A stretch of 64,000 nucleotides of DNA from Tubulanus polymorphus. Taxonomy: Eukaryota > Animalia > Nemertea. The position numbers were made by a program, and so were the translations under genes. Below the pieces are notes generated by a model. It saw nothing but the letters and a program-made list of their open reading frames with translations. It made no database searches and was not told the origin of the DNA. Below are positions 12,348-24,300 of this stretch, piece by piece (the stretch's first letter is position 1; each line of letters opens with the position of its first letter). Location: NCBI RefSeq assembly GCF_964204645.1, contig NC_134032.1, positions 15,798,275 through 15,862,274 on the forward strand. Reading direction: 5' to 3'.

Positions 12348-15300
12348 ATGTTTATATGGTTTATAACAATTCAACTCATGATTTGACTAATATATTTATG
12401 TTGTTTTCATTTGTAGATTGAACAATATCCTTCCGGACAGACGCCTGTCATCAGTTCTGTAAGTATAGATACCAAGCACCTTTCCTCCTTGCATCTGATT
12501 AATAAGAGGCAAAATGATCCAATCAAAGAACTGCATTGAAAATTGTAAACTAATTGGGCTCCTGAATTGTGGACTAATTGGGCTCCTGAATTGTGGACTA
12601 ATTGGGCTTCTGAATTGTGATTTTTGAGGTTTTTGATTTCCCGCACAAATGAAGGTTACAAATTTTACAGAAATTTGCGAGAAGAAAATCGGAATTCAAT
12701 TTTTTGCACTGGGAATTCGCCCTGTAATCTAGCTTCAAATTGTGTTCTATGAATTTCAAATTGTGATAACAATGAATATTTTTCATTAATTTGTATTTAT
12801 TTTATTTTCTCCAGATTTCTTACAACCTACATGTGACGCCATCTCCGCCGATGAGACCCGTAAGTTATAATTATACTCTGATATTTTGTGTTTTATTGGA
12901 TCTAAAAGATTATCAGTGAATTATATCTCCCAGGTAGAAACTCAGGTCGAACTTCGGTTTTCGTTGCTAGTCGACTAGTGGTCGGAACTAATAACCGAAC
13001 ACACTATAGTTCGGTCGTAACGTATTTCACAGTGCCGGCCATCTTGAACCTAGGTCCGAACTGTAGCGACCGTGCTCAATCGCGTGGTCGACCATTACCG
13101 GACTATAATTCCGACTAACGGACATTCGGTTTCACTTAGTTCGACTATAGTCGACTGACTCCGATAACCGAAGGTGGCCTTGGGTGTTTGTATCTAGTCG
13201 ACTGATGGTCAGAACTAATAACCGAATGCGCTTAATTTCCGAATCATTTCCAGACCAGAGTTCCTACTAACGGACATTCGGTTTCATTTAATTCTACTTT
13301 TTAGTCGACTAACTCAGATAACCTTTCACTCTGTATCCGTCGTGCGCCATCACCTGACACCTCATTACAGCCAATAATTCTTGCGATTTCCATCTGTTGT
13401 TTTTCAAGCAACCACCAAGCAATTGATCGCTTGGCATTTCCTGTGTGCTATCACTAGAGATGGAGAGGCAATTAGCTTTCCCGCCAAATTGGAAGTATCA
13501 CATGATAATTATCCACTCATTCATTGGCTAGTTGATGAGTTGCTCGTCGCTTGGCATCTCCAGCTACGGCACACGGGCAACTCCCGAGCGATCGGTGAGC
13601 AATTTTCTGTCGCCCGATATCGTTTCATATTTGAAGGGGTTGACCTGAAAATTGGACTGGGCGCTCATTATGAAGGGGGCAGATTCTGCTTGTGAGGGCT
13701 GCAACAGGGCAACAGTTGTGGGCTTATTTTGGGCCCAGCATATATAGGAGCAAAAGGGGCATTTTATGCCATTTGGATTTATCGTTGATTCCTCAATTTT
13801 TTAATATCAAAGAATAATTTTTGAATTACACCAGTAAGATGAACCTTAATTTTCCAATCAATGTGACAGGTGTCCAGGTCTACATACATTTCACAAATGA
13901 ACGTCCTTTTTTAAAGTTTCTTTCGTCGATTTTTTCAAGAAATTTGGAGGGCGAGGGGAAAAAATTATCTGTTTATTTTTTATGATAGGCATTTTTAAAT
14001 TGAAGGAAAAAAATAACAATAATAATAAATAAAAACTGAAAAGTTAGATAGAATTGATGAATGCAGTTTCTCACACTAAAAATGCAGCGTGTAATGTGAT
14101 TGAAATTGTGTTTAAGAATTTGTATATTCTTAATTAATATGAAATCGTTTAATTTTTTCTAGAATCAAAGCATGGATATCGTAGATCCGACGCCAGATAT
14201 CGGACCTGTAAGTTAATAATTCTAGTTTGATGTTTTTCTGTGCGTGTTAGGACAGTATCAGTAATTGATAAAATATGTTATACTCGTCTTGAATTTCAAA
14301 GTGCGATTTCTATATTTTTCATTAATATGAAATCCTTTTATTTTTTCTAGAATCATAACAACATTCCGGTGCAGCGGTCGCCCGTTCAAGTGGTAAGTTA
14401 TAATTCTAGTTTGATGATAGTTCACGAAAATAAGAAATGTTTCCTTCGAGTACTGCATTGATAGTTTTTGCGAATATTCTCTGAATTTTGAATTGAACGC
14501 CAATGATTTTTCTTACAACCGTTGGCACTGTGGTATTGCATTTAGCCGCTGGCAATGTCTAACATCTTTTGTCTTTCTGCGATCCTTTTGTCTCTCTGCG
14601 ATCTTGAGTCGAACACAATTTGGATCGTACATTCTTAATTTGGGATTTAGGAGTTTTGCCTTCTGTAATGAGTTAGTACGATACGACTTGTTATACTTAG
14701 TTAATGGTATTGATGCTTAGCTTCGGTACTTACATCATCAGATGCATTGACCAGAAAACAGAAGTAACGTAACATATAAACTTACAGGGAGTAAAAAAAA
14801 AAGCAACGTGTCAGAATAAATGTAAACAGAACAAGTGACAAATGAGAACAACCAGGGGCCGGTTGCATAGTCATGGCTTAGACTTAAGACCGTTCTAAGA
14901 CCAACTTAGTTCTATAGCTAATCTAACAACTTAAGACCAGTCTTAAGATTTAAGACCACTTTTGGACTTAAGTCACGACTGTGCAACTGGCCCCAGGGGT
15001 ACCGTAGAAACCACAGAATTCTATAAACAGTTAGGATGAATACAAATTATGTAACTGAGTGGAGTAGAAGTGGATGGGGATAGCAGTGTGGCACATAAGC
15101 CGCGATCACACAGAGACGATTTGGCCCGGGCCAAATTGGCACCGATCAGGCTCGGGCCAAATTTGGCCCGTGCCTAATTAGAGAGCGCGTTCACACGCAA
15201 ACCATTCACTCGATACTAAACAACGCTTAAACAAAGGGAAGTGGATCATTTCCGGTGCGAGTTGCTATTCAAACGCAATCGTTTGTCTGGTGCTAAAATT

Positions 15301-18300
15301 TGGCTCTGACCTGGTCCGACATTTTTGGTCGGGCCAAAAAGGCTCGGGCTCGGGCACCAGTGTGAACCGTTGGCCAAAAATGCTCGTGCGATCGCGGCTA
15401 TAGTGACATTAACCAAAATCTAATAGAGAGTTGATATGTCTAGATAGTAATTGATTATGCCAGGGCAGCCATCTTGAATTTGTTGTATACCCCGATACAG
15501 CGGACAATTCATGATGAAATGTCATTGGAGAATTGGGACGGGTAAGATGTGCAACCCTATTGAAAATAGAGGTCATCAAATATGGCGTCTAGGGTGGTCA
15601 TCTGCGCGATACAGCCTATAATTCTTGATGGATTACTAAAGAACTTGGTGTGAGAATATCAGTTGTTTACCCATATCAAAAATGGAGGTCATCGGCCATC
15701 ACAAATATGGCCGCCAGGGTGGCCATCTTTAATTTCTTAAGCCTGGCGCACACGATGCGATTTCCATCTGTTGTTTTTCAAGCAACCACCAAGCAATTGA
15801 TCGCTTGGCATTTCCTGTGTGCTATCACTAGAGATGGAGAGGCAATTAGCTTTCCCGCCAAATTGGAAGTATCACATGATAATTATCCACTCATTCATTG
15901 GCTAGTTGATGAGTTGCTCGTCGCTTGGCATCTCCAGCTACGGCACACGGGCAACTCCCGAGCGATCGGTGAGCAATTTTCTGTCGCCCGATATTGTTTC
16001 ATATCGGGTGACAAGGAACAAATCCTTTTGACAACTCAGGCGGTTGCTCAAGAATTGCTCAAAAACGTCGCACGTTTGGGGGCTATAGCATACAACGTCT
16101 ATAACTATGGTCTCATCAATGAATACACTAATGACAGGATGGCTTCCATTTGAGACACACGTTAGCATCCTGAAAATTAACTTCGATGATTTTAATTAAT
16201 ATGTAACTGAAATTGTAAAGGAAATGATGATGACTACTTTCGGTCATGAAGAGAAATACCTTGTTTTGGGTGGAACCTTTCTTTAGAGTTTATTAGAAAT
16301 TGAAATTTGTTTGAAATTTCAAATGAACTCTGAAGATGAATGGAAGTGGGATTATCCCCCCCCCCCGAAAGATAAGGAAAAAAAAAGCTGTTGTTGTAGA
16401 TCTATATTGTGGTTTTTCTGTTTGTGGGCCTAGTGTCCCTGGACTCCTAGTTAGTTTGTGCTATTTATACCTTTTTCGTAACTTATGGAAAATATCGAGT
16501 TATTGGAAGAAATATAATATTAATGAACTACCCAACAGCAATGGTTATAAACAATGGTTTTATTGTCGATAGCCATCTATATACAATGAGTTAGACTGGT
16601 CTAAATGGGTCTGCACCAGGTCCCTTCCAAATTTGGACTTAGTCTGAATTTGCATTCACGCACCCGTTGCTAAACTGTTATGACTGGACTTGCCATAAGT
16701 ATTTTTCCCTGAAATCTCTAAATGATAATTCGTTAATTTTTACGCAAAATATAAATTCTTGGAAATCTTAAAACTATATAAATCAGCTCGATGACGAATA
16801 AGTGATGAGTTTAATACAATTGAATCTATACTGCATAGTACAATTTAGAATGGCACACATTTAGTCTGGTCCAAAATCTGGACCTGGTTTGCTTTTTAAA
16901 ATCTAGGTCGGTTCAAATTAGACTGGTCTAAAATGGACTGGAGTAATTTGGTAAGAACTCTTTGCCTGTGTGAATGCTTGGTCCGGTCTAAATTGGACCG
17001 GACCAAATTTAGACCTGTCTAAGTTATGTAGTGTGAACGCGTCTAGCTGGTATAGAAATCTTTCGAAAAAGGATAAATTCTGACCAAACTGCAGAATTGA
17101 TTAAAGCAATTCTAAGACAAATTCTCTATGCAAGTGAGGTACAGTGGCCAAGTGTTTAAGCAGCTAGTTGCCGCTTTTTTCAATCATGGCCGCGGAGTTT
17201 CTTGATCAAATGTTCTTTTCTCTGGTCAATCTCCCAAATTAGTTAGGAAAAATCGAGAAAAACGTATGTTTCACAAAGGGGCACCTTAAATTATGGATTT
17301 CTGTAAGAAAACTAGTCACATTTGATTAATTTTTCAAATCATTTTATTTTTTCTAGAATCAAAACAACACTCCTCCGGCTCCGGCCCCGGTGTTTGCAAT
17401 GGTAAGTTAAAATAATTCTAGTTTGATGATTTTCAGTACAGTTTGTGTTGGGGTGAATTATCTAACTGATAATAGATGTTAAACCGATCAATATCGGTTT
17501 GAGTTTTTCATACTGAAAATCTCATATTAAAATTGTAGTTCCTTGAATTTCAAAGTGTGAAATATGAAATCATTTTATTTTTTCTAGAATACAATCAAAC
17601 AAGAGTTGCCGTCACCGACACATGACGTAAGTACTAATTCCAGTTTGATGTTTTAAGTATTGACCCAATAGACAGCAGAACGTCCCTCAACGTTTGATTT
17701 TTATCTCCGCTGTACTATAGCGCCACATAGTTTGAGGGGGTCAGAGTTCAAACTTTTGACCAATGATTGACCAAATCTATACAGCAATAAAAAGCCTGTA
17801 TAATTATCTTCAAAATAACCAATGGTTGTAAAGCATCATTTTCAGTAGTTTTCATACTGCATCTCTGCTTAATCTTTATGTGCAAATTCAATCGGCTAAT
17901 TAAGCGTTTGTTATTCTGGAAATTATATATGAAGTCACTGCGTCTAATGGGTCTAAACCAGTATCAGTAACTGATTATACGTGAATTTCAAATTGTGATA
18001 ACGATGAATATTTTTCATTAATTTGTATTTATTTTGTTTTCTCCAGATATCTTACAACCTACATGTCACACCGTCTCCGCCGATAAGACCCGTAAGTTAT
18101 AATTATACTCTGATATTTTGTGTTTTATTGGATCTAAACGATTATCAGTGAATTATATCTCCCAGGTAGAAACTCAGGTCGAACTTCGGTTTTCGTTGCT
18201 AGTCGTCTAGTGGTCGGAACTAATAACCGAACACACTGTAGTTCGGTCGTAACGTATGTCACAGTGTCGGCCATCTAGAACCTAGGTCCGAACTGTAGCG

Positions 18301-21300
18301 ACCGTGCTCAATCGCGTGGTCGACCTTACCGGACTATAATTCCGACTAACGGACATTCGGTTTCACTTAGTTCGACTATAGTCGACTGACTCCGATAACC
18401 GAAGGTGGCCTTGGGTTTTCGTATCTAGTCGACTGATGGTCAGAACTAATAACCGAATGCGCTTAATTTCCGAATCATTTCCAGACCAGAGTTCCTACTA
18501 ACGGACATTCGGTTTCATTTAATTCTACTTTTTAGTCGACTAACTCAGATAACCTTTCACTCTGTATCCGTCGTGCGCCATCACCTGACACCTCATTACA
18601 GCCAATAATTCTTGCGATTTCCATCTGTTGTTTTTCAAGCAACCACTAAGCAATTGATCGCTTGGCATTTCCTGTGTGCTATCACTAGAGATGGAGAGGC
18701 AATTAGCTTTCCCGCCAAATTGGAAGTATCACATGATAATTATCCACTCATTCATTGGCTAGTTGATGAGTTGCTCGGCATCTCCAGCTACGGCACACGG
18801 GCAACTCCCGAGCGATCGGTGAGCAATTTTCTGTCGCCCGATATCGTTTCATATTTGAAGGGGTTGACCTGAAAATTGGACTGGGCGCTCATTATGAAGG
18901 GGGCAGATTCTGCTTGTAAGGGCTGCAACAGGGCAACAGTTGTGGGCTTATTTTGGGCCCAGCATATATAGGAGCAAAAGGGGCATTTTATGCCATTTGG
19001 ATTTATCGTTGATTCCTCAATTTTTTAATATCAAAGAATAATTTTTGAATTACACTAGTAAGATGAACCTTAATTTTCCAATCAATGTGACAGGTGTCCA
19101 GGTCTACATACATTTCACAAATGAACGTCCTTTTTTAAAGTTTCTTTCGTCGATTTTTTCAAGAAATTTGGAGGGCGAGGGGAAAAAATTATCTGTTTAT
19201 TTTCTATGATAGGCATTTTTAAATTGAAGGAAAAAAATAACAATAATAATAAATAAAAACTGAAAAGTTAGATAGAATTGATGAATGCAGTTTCTCACAC
19301 TAAAAATGCAGCGTGTAATGTGATTAAAATTGTGTTTAAGAATTTGTATATTCTTAATTAATATGAAATCGTTTAATTTTTTCTAGAATCAAAGCATGGA
19401 TATCGTAGATCCGACGCCAGATATCGGACCTGTAAGTTAATAATTCTAGTTTGATGTTTTTCTGTGCGTGTTAGGACAGTATCAGTAATTGATAAAATAT
19501 GTTATACTCGTCTTGAATTTCAAAGTGCGATTTCTATATTTTTCATTAATATGAAATCCTTTTATTTTTTCTAGAATCATGACAACATTCCGGTGCAGCG
19601 GTCGCCCGTTCAAGTGGTAAGTTATAATTCTAGTTTGATGATAGTTCACGAAAATAAGAAATGTTTCCTTCGAGTACTGCATTGATAGTTTTTGCGAATA
19701 TTCTCTGAATTTTGAATTGAACGCCAATGATTTTTCTTACAACCGTTGGCACTGTGGTATTGCATTTAGCCGCTGGCAATGTCTGACATCTTTTGTCTCT
19801 CTGCGTTCTTGAGTCGAACGCAATTTGGATCGTACATTCTTAATTTGGGATTTAGGAGTTTTGCCTTCTGTAATGAGTTAGTGCGATACGACTTGTTATA
19901 CTTAGTTAATGGTATTGATGCTTAGCTTCGGTACTTACATCATCAGATGCATTGACCAGAAAACAGAAGTAACGTAACATATAAACTTACAGGGAGTAAA
20001 AAAAAAAGCAACGTGTCAGAATAAATGTAAACAGAACAAGTGACAAATGAAAACAACCAGGGGCCGGTTGCATAGTCATGGCTTAGACTTAAGACAGTCT
20101 AAGACCAACTTAGTTCTATAGCTAATCTAACAACTTAAGACCAGTCTTAAGATTTAAGACCACTTTTGGACTTAAGTCACGACTGTGCAACTGGCCCCAG
20201 GGGTACCGTAGAAACCACAGAATTCTATAAACAGTTAGGATGAATACAAATTATGTAACTGAGTGGAGTAGAAGGTGATGGGGATAGCAGTGTGGCACAT
20301 AAGCCGCGATCACACAGAGATGATTTGGCCCGGGCCAAATTGGTAGGGATTAGGCACGGGCCAAATTTGGCCCGTGCCTAATTAGAGAGCGCGTTTACAC
20401 GTAAACCACTCACTCGATACTAAACAACGCTGAAACAAAGGGAAGTGGATCATTTCCGGTGCGAGTTGCTATTCAAACGCAATCGTTTGTCTGGTGCTAA
20501 AATTTGTTCTGACCTGGTCCGACATTTTTGGTCGGGCCAAAAAGGCTCGGGCACCAGTGTGAACCGTTGGCCAAAAATGCTCGTGCGATCGCGGCTATAG
20601 TGACATTAACCAAAATCTAATAGAGAGTTGATATGTCTAGATAGTAATTGATTATGTGGCTGGAGATGGTAGATGAGTTGGATTTCGAAAGTTTACAAAT
20701 AAGGGCTGATTCCACTGTGTCTCTTATGGATGTCTTTACAAGGATAAATGAGAGTTTCGAATTCTGAAACTCAAATTGGTGGTTGGTCGTAAAAACATGA
20801 TTTGCTGTCCCCACTCTCAGGCATTTGATTATGGATATCTACTCCATGTTCCTTAACACGTTGACTTAAGATTGCGACCTGTTTCACCGATGTACATCAT
20901 GTTACAATCGTTACAGGGTATCTGATAGACCCCAGACTCGATGAGCTTACTATTCAGTTTGTTTTTAGTTAAAACAAGATTATTATGATGATTATTATGA
21001 TTATGATGATTACTTATTATGATATTGAAAGCCTAATCTAGAGTCAATGGTGCTTAATGTCGATTTGAAGCGTTCCAAAGTGGGTAAATCCGGGATCATA
21101 ATATTCTTTTGAGCTCTGCATTTTGTGGTCAAATCTGTACATCCGAAGTGAGAAGTCCTGGCTTTAAAATATGCTATGTTCAAAATCCTTTCTGGGTAAG
21201 AGCAGTCTTAATATGTTTGATTTCATTATCTAAAAACATTTGATGACAAATACGAAGAGCTCGAAGAAATAATCCTTGGGCTATCCCGATTTAATGTTTA

Positions 21301-24300
21301 AAGGAGTGAATGAGAAAAAATGAAGATAAGCTTCAGCATTCGTCGGTTTTCTATATACAGAGAATTTCAAATAATATATATTATGTTTATATTATCAATA
21401 GAATATTTAATTGTTTTAATTTATTTTGTACTTTTTGAATGCGATAATGCCGCTCCCTAAATGCCAGCATCGATGTGGTCGAGGTATGCGGCAATCTGTT
21501 CAGGGCCCGGAACGGTCACGTTCTGTGTTCGTCTTGTAGGGCAAAGTCGGGCATTTTTTGTACAGGATAACGCTTGCAAGACATGAAATCCCGAAAACAT
21601 AACGTCGGTTTTGGCCGAGTGCCCTGATGTCACTGTTTTCATTTGCTCTCTCTCACGGGGTTGTCGACCTGACTAGAAAAACTGATAGTTTCAATAGCGC
21701 TAGTACTATTGCATTCCCGTTCAAAGGACTGTACCAAAAGTCACCAGGGTAATCACAATTCTGAGAAGTTTCAAACTCGGAAAGACTTCCACATATTTGA
21801 ATGTAACATTTTGAATATTTTATCGGTGTCATTCTGCGGCACAAACTACTGGGACTACAGGTAGGCCTATTGTTGATAGGGCAGGTAGAAATTCTCCCGC
21901 TCATTCTGTTATCCAGACTTCAGATTCTGGTTGCTGGAGTTCAGAGATTCCAGCCTCAACCGTTATTGTGTTGCCCTCTACAGCGGGGTCTTTTAATCGT
22001 AACACGGTTTGGCATCCTGTATCTGCATCCCGTTCAATTCTAACTCAGCAATGATAAACAAGCTTTTTCATAAAACAATGGGCAACTCGTACAAAGCTCA
22101 TTGTTTTGTGCAAATCATCCACAGTCTCGAAGAGAGTGGACTCGGTTAGATTTAGAGTGATTGGATGAAACTCACCTCGGAATGTTTTCATTTCCCCTCC
22201 GGAATGGGGCATGAAATCAGGACGACGGATCCTCCATGGGTATCTTTCTCTTCGCCATTTTGAACATTACGTGATTGCTTCATACTTAACTCTGATTGGC
22301 TACTAAAAATTTTCGTTCGGAAAATCGGCAGCGTAGCCCGCAGACCTTTACGATTTTTATCGCACGGAAAAATCGCATGCGAAAATATCGAACATGTTTG
22401 ATTTGTTGCGATGATGCGATGTAATCGGCTCCGGATGCCACGGCATACCTTTACGACGACGCGATAAAACCATCCGATGAAGCCATCATAGGATCAATCG
22501 CAAAGGTTTGCGCCAGGCTTTAGGCTGGTCTGGTGTAAATGACATCATATGTGTTACCCCAGATAATGTTACAATAGCTCGGGTGACATAAGATAAACGG
22601 ATAGTACATTTTGAGACAAGACTTTAGTTTACCAATGAATCTTGCTTACGGTATTTTGTGGTGATAAGTTTGGTGTGGGATTTCCAGTTTAAGCTGCTAT
22701 CTATCTGAATACCGAGGAATTTAGTATCAACAACTTGGCTGATTATAATTTCATTGATGAATATATTGGCAGAATCCTTGAGCTTAGCACGGCTGATTAC
22801 GTATATAGTGTGCTTTTGTTAAATTGAGTGATAGGCTATTTGCGCAAAACCAGATATCTAATTTAGGTGATTCGGAACGAGAGAAATCCCACAATAAGTT
22901 CAGCCAAAATGAGAAACTTGAATAGAAGAGTATTATATATTAGTTGCGCAACGTTTCTGCTAAATACAATTAAACATCAATCCAGTAGGCCTATCCACAA
23001 TGTTGGGTGTAATTGTGGGCCATCCCCAAAAAACTTTGTGAAAATTGGAGGCTTTAGCTAGAGACATTTTCCAGACTCTAAATGAATCATTTAGAGTTAA
23101 AAGACTAGTCAAATTGGCTAGAAAAATTTTGAACATTGATTACATAGTAACTTGTGAAGTTAGCTATCTCGAAAAGGGGTCGCGTCCGCTAACCTCGCGC
23201 CCCCCTTCGGGACGCCTATGTCATAGATGATTCAGAATTAAAAATTTCAGTCAGAGTATAAAAATTATCATGGCTGGCAAACTCATTAGTATCATCGGCA
23301 AACATAATACAGTAGAAATTAAATTGGCCCCAAAATCGACCTTTATGGGACTCCCAGGCCTGCCAACCATTCTGTTTTACCGAGCTTTGTTACTTCCTCA
23401 GTCATTCTCAGTCTATTAGTTGCAAAAATAATTATTTTTTTCCCGCCTGATGTCATATCGGATTATCCCTTGACTTTGTGCACCGATATGGCTGTGGTGA
23501 TCGGCCTTTCTAAAAAAAAGTAACTCATACTCGTTGAGGTGTGCCGCTACTTATTGTATTGTATATCGTAGGCCTAATAAACATTTTTTTATGAAATTTT
23601 AATTAACAACGTGTATTTGGTTATGATATGAGGCCTGGGCAAGGACATTAAACCAGCATTTCTCATGCGTGTAAGCAGCTAAGTTTTGTGTTCCACTTCA
23701 TCATGTTTCACTTGACTAACTCAGTTTTCCGATCGTCACTTCAAAAGTTAAAAACTAAATGAAATTAATTGTCGTCATCCGATTTACTCAAACTGAAATT
23801 CTGAGAAAGATTGATAAGCATCTTGTACCGTGCTGAAAATTCCATGTTGATGCGAAATTTGTTCCAATATTTTTATAGTTTTCGTAGTTTGCAATGTTTA
23901 CTGCGGAGCTGTGATGATAGCGTCCTCGTTTTAGTAACACGTGAAGCTCACCAAAATCAACGAAGCCGTTTATCTTTAGTTTAAAGATAATTAGTAGAAA
24001 AAGATTAGTTTGAAAATATTTGAACTAAAATTTATTATGCATACGCCCGGGATTATCTTGACGATAAAAACCTTTGTATCGATGAATTTTAAACAGCATT
24101 AAAACACCATTTGTGGACCCATATTGTGTAGAATATAGACGAATTCGATCGGAGTTGTGACTTACCCGCAATGTGACTTACCTGCCTTTCTGTGGGTTTT
24201 GTCCTGTTTACCTCTTTGCACGATGTCATACTGCTAAGGATCTAGGATGATAAGATAGCGTGGACTTCCGGGCTCCCGTATTAGGTACATTGCCGGTAGT

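Larger units (their letters stand above)
12750..15459 (+). repeat. Segmental duplication copy A (copy B 17982-20656)
   Basis: Near-identical over about 2.7 kb, including exons 9-11. Confidence 0.95.
17982..20656 (+). repeat. Segmental duplication copy B
   Basis: Near-identical to 12750-15459, including exons 14-16. Confidence 0.95.

Noticed and set aside
12227-12421. YI-repeat ORFs (also 26926-27204)
   Set aside because: Translations of (TA)n microsatellites
13381-18872. MRFPSVVFQATTKQ... ORFs at 13381, 15650 and 18612
   Set aside because: Three copies of an intronic dispersed repeat with different ends and a frameshift; no recognisable domain
21457-22300. Minus-strand CCAAT plus aaaATGGCG start (22258) and GTGAGT donor, suggesting a nested gene
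   Set aside because: Frame stops after 13 codons and no coherent downstream exons; probably a transposon remnant
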